DNA of 63,349 nt, filler included, from Choristocarpus tenellus KU-1152 (lineage: Eukaryota > Protista > Phaeophyceae), in the NCBI GenBank assembly GCA_964200185.2. It is 10 parts of 10 records of this genome, joined end to end, with 100 filler letters (N's around TTAATTAATTAA, not from the genome) between each part and the next. Parts side by side here need not be neighbours in the genome. Positions count along the whole stretch, not along the records: positions 20,092 to 24,642 come from CAXNAD020014036.1; positions 24,743 to 32,923 come from CAXNAD020005037.1; positions 33,024 to 39,667 come from CAXNAD020007677.1; 7 more parts are not named here. One strand, written 5' to 3'. The notes beneath the pieces are model-generated. The model was given only the letters and a program-made list of their open reading frames with translations. It was not told the DNA's origin and searched no databases. Positions within the stretch are counted from its first letter, which is position 1. Each line of letters starts with the position of its first letter. The position numbers were made by a program, and so were the translations under genes. Shown piece after piece: positions 22,219 through 33,802 of the stretch.

Positions 22219-24534
22219 ATGGCGTCTAAATTTTGGGCTCAGGCTTCCGAGTCTGGGTCGGACTCAGACTCAGACTCGGACTCAGACTCTTCTATGGGAG
22301 GGCAGCCGGGTGCACAGCGCCGTCAGTGGGCTGTTGACTCTGATAGTGAGTCAGAAGATGAGGTGAAGACGATGTGAGGGCTGCTCTGGGGTGTATGTCT
22401 AAATCCTTAGTTTTTTCGCAGGGGCAGGGAGGGATCTTGAAAGGAAAGGAGAATAGGGACCGCTTTTGGAGTGTTGAGGTAGAATTGTTATGAAGCTAGA
22501 AGCTGTTTGTTGTTGACAGGGCTAGGTATGTGATGTGTCGGGTTTCCTTGTTTTGGGGATAATCAATTCTTATGTACTGTCTTTGGTGACCTTGCGAGTT
22601 GCATGTACGTATTCCTCGAAGTGGAGGAATGATAGTGGGATGGGGGGGAGAAGGGTGGAGGGGGTAAGGGGGGAAATGGGGCTGTAGAGGAGATCTGACA
22701 TTTCTACTTTATATTGCAAATTTGTGTACATCGTTAGTTTGGTGGTGGGATGAAGGATCTATTGCAGAGGAGTTGCCTGCAAAATGTCAGCACTGTGTCC
22801 GGTGGCATGGGTGGGTGAGGTTAATAAATTAGTAATTTTTTTTCTCCTGTGACCCATTGAAGAAGTATGATCGCAGGGTCTATTTTAGGTTGTAGGTGGG
22901 TAGTTGGGGTCAATTTTCATGCCCATGAGCTTGTCCAAACAGTACTTCATAAAGCAGAATTGTAGGTTGAGATTTTGCACCAACTTCAGTAATAGATTGT
23001 ATTTCCCAGAATCCCCTTCAGTTTCTCTCTATTTACCAGCGCTTGTAGCAACAATGTACTCCTCGCAGGACACTGCAGTTACTGATTATGGCTTGGTTGA
23101 TCGGACTGTACGGCCTTACCTAAAACAGCTGATGCAATTTACTATTATCAGAAATATGTGTACTATATCAATGAACATGCTGCGCCGACTACTGACCTTT
23201 TGTGTGCCTCTGTGTGTGCTTTGTGTAATATTTATTTTATTTTATTTTTTGTCAGATCTGTCATTCAGTCACTCAACTGTCTGGTGTCATTACTTGTGAC
23301 GGTGCTGTTAAGAGTGCTGAGCGATATTCTTTGTTGCCCCCCCACTTTTTTTCTGTAGAAAGGAAGCGAATTTGTTACGAATGAGATACTTTTTTGATAC
23401 CTTTCCAAATATCAAACCAAGAACGAGATATTTTTTGATACCTTTCCAAATATCAAACCAAGAAATGAGATACTTTTTTGATACCTTTCCAAATATCAAA
23501 CCAAGAACGAGATACTTTTTTGATACCTTTCCAAATATCAAACCAAGAATGAGATACCTTTTTGATACCTTCCAAAACTGAGTGTACCGTGCTTTCTGTT
23601 GAAGAACCGGCCGATTGGAAGCAATTCTGGCGTTGAATTTTTCATAGTTTTTCCTGTGGTTTAGTTTGGATAGTTAAGAATCGAAGGTGGAATGATTCTT
23701 TTTTTTGCTGTTGGACAGTCACCAAATGTTTCTCTTACTAATATTTGGGACTGTAACTGTTGTAATGTGTGAGTGTATCGTGTTCGTTCTGGGCGGCATT
23801 TGAGTGATGAGTGATGAGTGATGTAAAACATGAATTGATGGATGTCTAGCATTGAGCTGTCAAGTTGACTTGTCTTTGTGGGGCAGGGTGTGGATATGTT
23901 TGAGGCGTTGTGTGAAGGAGACACTTTGGGGTTGGGGGGTGACACCTGAGCTTGGTTGCTCACAAGCACGATACCTCGAGGAAGTAAAGAGGATCAAAAA
24001 CAGGCAGGGTATTGTTATTTGTGTGGAGGGTGCCAAATATGTGTTTATGTGTTTGCATGTTTCATATATTCATCGGAGGCAAATGATTGCCCTCTCCAGT
24101 TCTCTGTCCCTTTTTGGTGTGACTATTTGCTTGCGGGATGTATGTGCTTCAATGATAGTATCCAGGTTGTCTCGGATAAGGTACTGTGACTCTTGATGGG
24201 ATGCAGTTGTCTAGAAGGGCAGGGCTAGCGCTTCTCAATAGTGTCCCTTCACTTATTATTCTCTTCTCCATTTGATCCTGTCTTTCGTTGCTTCTATTTT
24301 TTTTCTTAATTGCTTGGGTGTACGCTACGCTGCCAACCCACATGCTTCTGACCCCGTTGTCCATTTGTGTGCCTGTGCTGGCTTCAGGTTCGTGTGGTGA
24401 AATCAGCAAAGGATAGGTCTTTTGAAGCAATTCGTACAAGTGTGGATAAGATTCGCAACCACATGAAGATCAACGACTGGAACGGTATCCAGGGTGACTT
24501 TGATGAGTGCAACAAACACATTGACAAGAGCAAG
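22219..24534 (+). CDS. eIF3c: Translation initiation factor 3 subunit C, exons 1-2, cut by the spacer
   Basis: Exons 22219-22362 and 24388-24534, phase 0: MASKFWAQASESGSDSDSD...SDSESEDE|VRVVKSAKDRSFEAIRTSVDKIRNHMKINDWNGIQGDFDECNK. This is the typical eIF3c/Nip1 N-terminus (RVVKSAKDK/R...NxxKINDW). Confidence 0.93.
23378..23578. repeat. Minisatellite, about 42-bp unit, about 4.7 copies, in eIF3c intron 1
   Basis: GAAYGAGATACTTTTTTGATACCTTTCCAAATATCAAACCAA repeated head to tail with few differences. Confidence 0.92.
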
Positions 24535-24742
24535 GTGACATGTTCCGTTCCTATCCCCTTCTCGCCCCCCCTCCCCCCTCCCCTCCTCTACCTCACGGGA
24601 TGAGGTGTACTCTACTAATCTTTCTTTCTCCCTCCTTTGTTTNNNNNNNNNNNNNNNNNNNNNNNNNNNNNNNNNNNNNNNNNNNNTTAATTAATTAANN
24701 NNNNNNNNNNNNNNNNNNNNNNNNNNNNNNNNNNNNNNNNNN

Positions 24743-24786
24743 GTCCCCAAATGGACACGGCTCTACCCTCTAAGATACTTTGGCTC
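24743..24786. mobile_element. MITE family A terminus
   Basis: GGACACGGCTCTACCCTCTAAGATACTTTGGCTC at the contig start. Confidence 0.75.
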
Positions 24787-24959
24787 AATAGTGTCGGCGA
24801 CAATGCAGGTGGCACTTTCTAGACATGTCATGCGTTTTAACCTGGAATCACCAGGGATATGGGTAAGGAGGGGTTTGTTGGATTCTTGGGATGCCCCCCT
24901 AGCTCCTCATCCTGGGGTGTAGGGATAGGTAGATTGGAGGCATAGGAAGGCAGTAGTAC

Positions 24960-25080
24960 TATATTAGTATTTCTCACATTTGTTACATATTTTACTTATT
25001 TAGAGTTTATACTGACATGTGAATAGTTTTCATTGTTTTTCCCCCTGATACATCTGCAAAATGTCAGAGGGCATAATAAT
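24960..25080 (+). mobile_element. SINE-like hairpin repeat copy
   Basis: TTTTCCCCCTGATACATCTGCAAAATGTCAGAGGGCATAATAAT is the reverse complement of the 8166 copy. Confidence 0.65.
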
Positions 25081-26879
25081 ATATATATATATATATATGT
25101 ATTTGTGGAAAGCATGTTTGTCTGTTGTTATACCTTTATTGCCGTATGCCATATACCCATTATACTGTTGTTGTACCGTTTGAGGTTCCTTGTCAAGCAT
25201 CCATGATTCTACTGGCGAACCTTCCGTCAGAATGAAACCATGGAATCTCTGCACGAGACCAATCCCACAGACTTGGGACAGTTCGTCATTCAGAGTTGTT
25301 ACACATGGAAGATCCACTTTGTTCTCATGTCTTGACTTGTAGTCATGAGGCCCTTCTTGGAAGATGCTCATGACTCCTCAATTTGCACTTGTCCAACCTT
25401 AACCTCATACCCTCGGTTACGGTTCGCGTCTTTGTTCGTCTGGTCCATCTTGCCCGGTGATTCTCTTCACCACCCTTGCCTGAGTGAACCACGCCACCAT
25501 AGAATCACACGATTCACGTATTTATCAAATGAAAGTTTATTACAGGAGCTTTTGAAGGTTTGTATCCATGAATGTCCTAACTTCGTAGAATGGGAGCTGT
25601 GTCCAGATCAAATAATGATAAAAATGCGGGGAAACATCTCCGGCGCACTTTTGAAGGACACAACTTCAAAACGGACAAAAAATAAGTGGTTGACTGAACT
25701 TCCCGCAAAAAAATGATGGGGATTAGGTCGCTGCCCAAGTGTGGCGCGTGTGGCGATACCGAAGAAAAACAAAGATTTGCTGACATCTTTTCAGTGCCAT
25801 GTGCAGACATGCTGTGAGCACACACACACGTGACCCACACAGCAACATGAACCACGACGGTGAGACAAAGAGAGCCGCCAAGGCCACTCTTCCCTCTGGA
25901 TAGACCCTCCGCACCTTCTCTGTCAAGAGGCGACAGAAAAACAAGTACCGTGTGACACTCTATGCGATGTTAGGTGACGAGAAAGTGCGAGTAGTATGGC
26001 GCAGCAGCACAATCAAATCGCGCAATAGTTAAGGCCGCGACACTGACACTGAGAGAAGATGCATGGAAAGCATCACCACACAAACGTGGTTGGATCTTCA
26101 ACCACGTTGGAGCACTGCTCTGTAGTCTCTGCCACCTCGTGAAAGCAGGAAGAGAGCGGCAAGTCCATCACCAGGTGGTACAGCGACGAAGTCTTTGGGG
26201 AAGCCTGGTCACGGCAGGTGAAGGAAGAACCGGGGTAGCCGGTCAAAGGGAAGGTTGGGGAAGAGAGCAGTGTGACTGCGTGTTATTACGTTCAGGAAAC
26301 ATCTAAGCGAAAACTGGGGTGTAGATTATCTAAGTAGTCGACAGTTGCAGCAGACTCCGGCTGTTTAGAAGCTATGCAACCAGGAATGGCTTACGGAAAC
26401 GAGAAAGAAGGTGTTAGGGTTGGGCTACAAGGACTCTGAAGCCCAAACGAAGTTGAAAGGGCTCGCAAGGCGGAGGAGAAAGCGATCGTAACAAAGGCAG
26501 CTGTGGATGTTAAGAAGCTTAGCGCATGTTGCCCGCCAGCCATTCATCATCACCAAATACTTTACTTCGAAGAGGTCGAAAAGCAGGAGGAGGTAACAAT
26601 CGATGAGGACGCCAGGGAAGAAGAGGAGGTGAGATTAAGACTATTTGCACACCGATGGTTTGGTGTCTCCCACTCCTTGCAAGATGCTGTACACTTGCTT
26701 TTGTTCTGGGGATTAGGGTTGGACGTAAGTTGATCAAGACGTTTCTCCCCGCCTGCATTCATTTGAGAAACAAAAACATTTTTAGATCAACGCAAGTCTG
26801 TCCTCCCTTGACCTTGCGCCTTGATGATAAAATATCACCCACCCAGGAAACACGGACGACGCCCATTTCCGGCGTTCAA

Positions 26880-27260
26880 TGAGAAATGTGATAGTAAAGG
26901 CTCGAACACTGCGAATTCTGTCTGTACCTGTGTATGAACGATGGGAAAGACCGTCAAACGGCGCTTGAGATGGCAGCAAGATATGTGGTCAGGTCGGAAA
27001 CTGTGAATAAATGGGAAAGAGACTTCCTAACTAAGGGCCACATCAAGGTGTCGGAACAAGGGCACTACGAGAGGCCTTTCGTTCTGGGCCTCAACGAGGA
27101 CATCCTTGCCGAGGTCAAAGAGTGAATCCGCGAACACACAGGAAGAAAGGGTGGGAAGACTTTTTTCGCATTTAAACCCTATACTTTAATCAAGTAATAG
27201 TGCATCAGTTATCACTCTTGGTGACCTACAATCCAGGGTTCGAACTTCAATAAGAGCGCT
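26880..27260 (+). pseudogene. Possible decayed IS630/Tc1-like transposase, N-terminal DNA-binding region
   Basis: ALEMAARYVVRSETVNKWERDFLTKGHIKVSEQGHY...LNEDILAEVKE*IREH resembles the HTH region of eukaryotic IS630-like transposases. It has an in-frame stop and no catalytic DDE motif was seen. Confidence 0.45.
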
Positions 27261-27814
27261 CTTTCTTCAAAAAAATAAAAAATGTTGAAAAAATCGAAGC
27301 CAGTATTCTGGAGGGCCTTGTGACGGGCACCACGATTGTGCTTTTATTTTTTTGATCCTATGTCTACATCAAAAGATATGCTGGGACAACCCCAGAGAGA
27401 GGGTGAAGCTATTGGTACCACTATACACATCAAATCATTGTCTGGAAAATGAACGTTCTAGAAGAAATGGGCATGGCCACCGTTATCGTGGATATCGGAA
27501 GTTATGGGAATTGACACCAGAGTCTGTAGAAATAACATATGTTACAAACGAAATAGAGTCAACTCTGTGTTCATTTACAGTTATGACTGTGTACAACAAT
27601 AGAGGTATATTTGGTGTTCACCTATGAAAGCATATCGACACTTTATCCCAGTCAATTTTGGTTCAAGCCCATCCTCAATGAAAAGCTCCATCCTCAATTT
27701 TTGAAATCGACTGTTAGGTGTTCTGGGTGATGTTGATGCAACACGAATAATTACAGCTATTTTTAAGTAGAGTAGACATTATTTGTCCTGCTGATAGTGC
27801 ATCTCTTGTGGCAC

Positions 27815-29675
27815 GTGGAAGTTGAAGATTGCACTTTCTCTGTTTGGACACTGTGGTGTATTGGCAGAGTCATAGTCTATTTCTTTTTCTAGTGTACCTG
27901 AAATTAATCTCTTCAGTGGGAGGGATTGATTGGAGACGTGAGGCTGCCTCTATCTCTTGTGTACTTGCCAATTATTGCATCAGTTCAGTGGGACTGTTTG
28001 GAGATATGGGGCGCTGTTTGTCTGCCTCTGTCTTTTGTGTACCTCCCCGTCATCATTTCAATGCAAGGAATTTTTTTTTTTCTGGGAGAGATAGGGGATA
28101 ATTTAGCTGTCTCTATCTCTTGTGTACTTCTCATGGTTATTTCAGTTGGGGAGGTTGCTTGTAGACACTTGTAGACACGGGGCACCGTTTCACTGTCTCT
28201 GCCTCTTGTATACTTGCCAGCCATCGTTTCAGTTGGAGGAATTGTTTTGAGATGTGGGGTGCTTATAGACTGTTTCTCTTTTCTTATACACTTGTCTATG
28301 ACTATTTCAATTGGAGAGTTTTGTGTGAGATGTGGGGCACCGTGAGGCCAGCTTTGTTTCTTGTGTGCTTACCAATCGCCATTTCAGCGGAAGCGATTGC
28401 TTGGAGACGTGGGGCGGAGACTATGGGCCGTTTCTCTTTGTTGTGTACTTTCAAGTATTCTTTTGAGTGGGAGGGGTTGTTTGAAGACTCGGGGCGCTCG
28501 CCGTTTGGCTTCCTCTGCATCTTTCACAATTCCAAGCAGTCCAACTGGAAGCTCACTGAGGGAGATTGTCTGAGGTTACGGGCTGCTGGCATTGGATTTT
28601 TTCGCGTCTTGTATATTTATATTTGAAAAATTCTAGTAGTATTTTCGACTGTGTGTCTGAGCGTTAGCCCCTCGTCCTGCTCTAAGGACAGCGAGTGTTG
28701 TGGCAACATTTTTTGGGGGTGTTTATATATGTAGGTATGGAGATAGGCAGGTGTATGGATGGACATGTCAGGGTCTGAGAATGAATGCGTTGTTGATCAT
28801 CTGTTGACCAATAAGTTTTTTCACGTATATTGTGTTCTTGTCGTCGTGGGTGTATTTCTTTGTAAAGTAGTAGGGAGATATATTTCTGACGTTTTGCTAC
28901 CCTTTAGCCAACACAGTACTTGCAACCGATTACTATTTTGAAGGTACTGATGGCGTGGGACAGTGCACATACATTGCTATGACTTTGAATCACACTTTTG
29001 TCTGTCATTCCTCCCCACCACTTGTCTTGGAGATGGCTTCCAAATCGTCTGTTAGCCCATTAACGTCCCACTTCTCCCACCGATTCTTACCACTGAACTG
29101 ATGAATCGACAAGTACTCTAATCACAGCGACAGCCAAATGGCGCCCCACGTCTCCAAACAGTCCCTCCAACTGATATAATGGTTGAGTGAAAATATCTTA
29201 GAGGGTACTAGTTTTGCCCTGTTTGTCCGTTTGGGACTTGACTTCCCACGGGCTTTTAATGACATTTTACCTACTCCAAAATGTTTCGGGTAGGTAAATG
29301 TATATGTTATGAAAAGGTGTGTCCGGAACATCGATATTGACACTTCCTAACAAACATGATAGCCAAAATTACATGAAAATTGCAACATTGGATTTTGACC
29401 CCCAAACGGACACGGCTCTACCCTCTAAGATACTTTGACTCGGTTGGCAAGTACAAAAGAGACAGAGACAGCTCAACAGCGCCCCACATCTCCAAACAAT
29501 CAAATTAATATATCCCATCAAGGTTTCGGTTGGGAATACCCATAGGACAGAGGCAGCCCATCCGCACTCCATGTCTATAAGCAACCCTTCTCAACAAACT
29601 TCTTGTTCACACACAAGGGAGACCTCAATGCTCATAACAACTGCACTATGAGTGTCCAATCATGCATCAGCTTCC
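27815..29675. mobile_element. Foldback-like element whose arms are degenerate tandem arrays of about 72 bp
   Basis: About 9-10 units of CTGTCTCT..TCTTGTGTACTTG....ATTTCAGTTGGAGGG..TGTTTGGAGATGTGGGGC at 27870-28570. The same unit appears reverse-complemented at 29105-29600. Confidence 0.65.
29185..29441. mobile_element. MITE family A, full length, with 4-bp target-site duplication GGTT
   Basis: GGTT|GAGTGAAAATATCTTAGAGGGTA...TACCCTCTAAGATACTTTGACTC|GGTT. It interrupts one unit of the 72-bp array. Confidence 0.92.
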
Positions 29676-30969
29676 AAATATCCAAAGCTCAAAAACACCA
29701 TGACATTCATAAAGAGGAATTGTACCAGCCTCTGAGGGTCTATACGATTTGATATGTAACCTTCTAGCACCCTTGTGTCCTACCCCAACTCGAACCCCCA
29801 GCAATATCAGCATCACTTCTGGGGCTCACCCCAAGGTGGTCCCACCGCCTGCAGTGCAGGTGGTCCAACCACACTATTGGGTCAAACTAGACCACCTCAA
29901 CCGATTGCACATACGGATTTTCGATAGAGGTACAAACTCAAGCAGATTACATGTCCATCATAAACCATTTCCAAACACTATGTAGAGGGAATTGATCCAA
30001 AACACAGATACCAAACCACAAGTTACAGTGTTACATCAGACTGAGGGGCTACATAGGTCCTTGAGATAGCAAGAAGCAGTCGATCTCTCAATGCAGATCA
30101 ATCAACTCAATATCCTACGTTCCACCACACACCCCAAGTTCAACAAGAATACCAACATGGAAAACAACCCAATATATAAGTATGGATGTACTGCATGGGT
30201 CGTCATAAATCCAGGACCAGTTGGAAGGAATAGGGAAACTGACAAGAAAATTTTACTTATCTCCACTTCTCCCCACTCACCCCTTTTAGATTACACAAGT
30301 TGACCACAATCGTAACTGCTCCTCTAAGACTCTCTTTTCTCCTTCCCACTTCATTTTCCTTCTTTTGCCTCCTCACATGCTTTCAAAGGAGTGCCACTCA
30401 GAGTCATAGTCACAGTCACAGTCACAGTCACATCACTAACCCAAACAGTAATGCTGGGGGGAGGCCAAACATAGAAGCAGGTAGAAATTGTATCATGTTC
30501 AGGGTAACTCCACCAAGAGGAATACAACAAATGGACATGCTGCATGTGTAGTGTGCCAGTCCAAAATTCAAAACAGGAACCAGGACACATCCAAATGAAA
30601 CCTGCAACAACAAGGGTAGGTCTGTGCAGACCACATACTGTCATTCATACACACAACTGCCTCAGGCAGCACAGGGGAAGGACGCCTCCACCCTCCTCCC
30701 TCCCTCATGTGCTGCCTGTGATCAATCAAAGCGGCCCTTTGCCCCGATCCCCCTGAAGCAGTGGGTTAGCAAGGCCGATGGAGCTCAGGGTCAGTGGATA
30801 GTGCTGTATATTACATTCCCATAAATCCGACTATCGAGGAATCAAAGAACACAAGCACGCACATAGACCATCACCATCATCACCATATGAAGCAACAATT
30901 GTGTACTCTTCAAATTCTCATGCCCTGAGACCAGTGCCTAGCACACACTACCATAGTGGAAAGAGTTAC

Positions 30970-32403
30970 CTGCCAGTCGAACCAAACGTTTGTGTGTTCC
31001 TAGCCATTGAGGAACTGGAGCATCTGGTATGGCAGAAGTACCCTGGCTCCTCCTTGCACACCTTCTTTGAGGTAGCCCTGAGGATAGATGGAGAGGTAGC
31101 GAGGATGAGGAGTGTAAGGGGGGAAGTAAGTATTGGTTACTATCTGTTTGAAAGGGGACCTACTACATCCCAAAAAGTGTACTTCGCCTGTAAGTGGTCA
31201 CCCTCTTCCAAAGTCACCTTCCTCATGGTCTCCATTTGATCCCCAGTCCTCCCCACTCGTGTAGCAGTGGGGATCTGCTTGGTGGGTCGGGAAGGCCTCG
31301 GCACTAGCATGTCAACCCCTGCAGGGGCACTGCTGGACTTGGCCATTGGTTCCTGGACCTCAATGCTCCCGTAGTCTGCCTCAGACGGTCTGTGACAGTG
31401 GGCAACGGGGAAGACCCCAACCCTATTGTCGTCTACTGGTACAGCATTACTTCTTCTCCCTTCCATGTTGCCCTTCATGTACCACTGTTCCAAAATAGCA
31501 AAGTAAAGGGAGCAAAGGAGGAGAGGGGCATGGTAGATTGGCTTGGCAAGGAAATTGGCCCAGGCCAAGCGCAAAACAAGAGGGGCAAAGGTCTACTTGT
31601 AACACCAAAGAGCGAGAGCTGGTTGAGGTTCCCACTGAAGTGAGATTAACACCCTTCCCCAAATTCTGACCCCTTCACACACTGAACTAAAACAAGAATA
31701 TCCAAATGCCTAGTCTACCACTTCGTACCATCAAGTCGGAATACCGTACATGAACGCCTCCCTCATTTCCCACTGAAGTAAGATTAACACCCTTCCCCAA
31801 ATTCTGACCCCTTCACACACTGAACTAGAACAAGAACATCCAAATGCCTAGTCTACCACTTCGTACCATCAAGTCGGAATACCGTACATGAACGCCCTCC
31901 CTCATCCCTGAAAGCATTATTGTTGAGGACAACAAAGTACTAGGTAGAGCACACTCCAGCTCTAACACACACAGACTATAAGCAAGCAAAACAATACAAG
32001 TCTATTGCAGAATCATACAACACTGTGGGACTATTATTTCAAGGGCCAAGCAGGAAGTCCGATCCTCGTTCTCCTTACCCACCTCCCTCTGAAAGGCCTC
32101 AGCATCAGCATGCCTCCGCCGTTCCTCCTGTTGAACTGCAACATGCAAGAGTTCCCTGAGGTAGACGGCCTCTTTCGTCGACATGGAGGCACGGCGCTCC
32201 CAGTCAGTCGCCAAAGCAACAGCTTTAACCTTGAGGTTCCCCTTTTCCTGGATAATCTGTTGGAGGTCATCCACCATCTTCCATCGAAGCATAGAATGCA
32301 TCTCATCTCCTTCCTTCCTCGACACCTCCACAGTCGTCCCATCAACAAGCTCCCTCTCACGATCCAGGGACTGCTGAAGTCCATCTTTAGTGGCATGGAT
32401 GGT
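30970..32403 (-). CDS. Exons of an unidentified, probably coiled-coil protein (partial)
   Basis: A clear exon at about 32403-32083 (CAG acceptor, GT donor) encodes charged helical sequence (LQQSLDRERE...LQQIIQEKGNLKVK...QQEERRRHADAEAFQRE). Candidate exons lie at about 31485-31203 and 31078-30970, with uncertain phases. Confidence 0.55.
31629..31908. repeat. Tandem duplication, 138-bp unit x 2
   Basis: CCCACTGAAGTRAGATTAACACCC...GTACATGAACGCC starts at 31631 and again at 31769, with only a few differences. Confidence 0.95.
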
Positions 32404-32839
32404 CTGCAGAGTATGGAGTCGTGTCAAGGCAAAAATGTGTGCAAGAAAAGTGATGCGTATGTATCCTTAAGTCGTTGGTTCAACATGGCGCATAAGCTAT
32501 ACATTCTTCTCTACAAAATGCATTGGCATGGATGTATGTCATTTCCTTCTGTACAACTCACAACCCTACTAATGAATATATATATATATAGATAGATGCG
32601 ACTCTGCCCAGGTTAGGAGGAGAGGTAGGAGGGCAACAAAAGTCAGCAGTTCAACAGTTCAACGTACTTTACACCAGTGTGTTGTGTTTGGGCATATGCA
32701 TCCTAGTGCCTAACATGATTGTGCTACCACATAAGCACTCAGTATTCCGTTTTCAATACTGGCACTGTCTAGCACCTGGGATTGAAAATGAGTCTACATT
32801 TGCCCAGGCAATCATGCCGCACTACATTTCCTGCCTTAA

Positions 32840-32923
32840 GACCCAAAGTATCTGGGAGGGGGGGGGAGGTCTACAATAGGGTGTCCATTTGGATCAAAAT
32901 CAGGAAAAGTGCATTTACAGTAT
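32840..32923. mobile_element. MITE family B terminus, cut by the spacer
   Basis: GACCCAAAGTATCTGGG...GGTCTACAATAGGGTGTCCATTTGG. Confidence 0.8.
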
Positions 32924-33622
32924 NNNNNNNNNNNNNNNNNNNNNNNNNNNNNNNNNNNNNNNNNNNNTTAATTAATTAANNNNNNNNNNNNNNNNNNNNN
33001 NNNNNNNNNNNNNNNNNNNNNNNATGATGAGTTGGAATGCGCAATAAATAAATAAACACTAACAACCAGTGCAGTGCACCAATCAAAACTCAGTACAAGC
33101 TGGTCGTATTGTGTATCATATCGACAAGAAACAAATGAGTAGCCCATGTTTTAACACGCCCTGACTCACTTCATCAGTCATTATCAAGAATATATCTCCT
33201 ACAAAAGTACTTAACTGAAAGGTGACGTCAAAATACCCAATTGCAGTTTAGTCATCCTCTCATGTTCCTCAATCTTCTATTGATAACCATTTTGTCACTT
33301 TCAGGTGTACATAAATTGTCACCTCCTGAAGAAAATGTATTGGTCTTTCCGGCAGTTGACCCATTGGGTCGGCTCTACGAATATTCCCGTTCAGTGGGCA
33401 CAAAATATGCTATTCTACGGAGCGAGTCCAAATCGACATTATGCCCTTACGAAAAATCGACCATATGTGTACTCTTTGTCTTTGTGTCTGTGTATGTTCG
33501 TGTGTCTGTCTGTTACCTGACCCTCATCCTCGTGCGTCATGTGGAGCGCTGGCTCGCGCCACAGACTCTCACTCTAAAAGGAAATTATGCATATTATATA
33601 TATACTACCACATAGAACTTCG

Positions 33623-33802
33623 GACCCAAAGTATCTGGGGGGGGGGAGGGGGGTCTATACCAGGGTGTTCGTTTGGACCATAAACAGGAAAAGTTCATTT
33701 TCATTTTCAATCGGACGGATGCAACCAAATTGCCCAAAAATGGCAACATGGAAAAATCGACCTCAAACAAGCAACCGCCACCCCCCTCAGATACTCTAAG
33801 CC
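33623..33802. mobile_element. MITE family B, full length, with 4-bp target-site duplication TTCG
   Basis: TTCG|GACCCAAAGTATCTGGGG...CCCTCAGATACTCTAAGCC|TTCG. Confidence 0.88.

Noticed and set aside
23378-23578. CRISPR array
   Set aside because: Units are head to tail with no unique spacers, lie in a spliceosomal intron, and no cas gene is present.
16758-24534. Functional clustering of EML, eIF3c and neighbouring genes
   Set aside because: They lie on different contigs joined by artificial spacers.
27870-28570. CRISPR-like repeat-spacer array or coding repeat (several overlapping ORFs)
   Set aside because: Divergence is spread across the whole unit, with no constant repeat and unique spacer. 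Indels break every reading frame.
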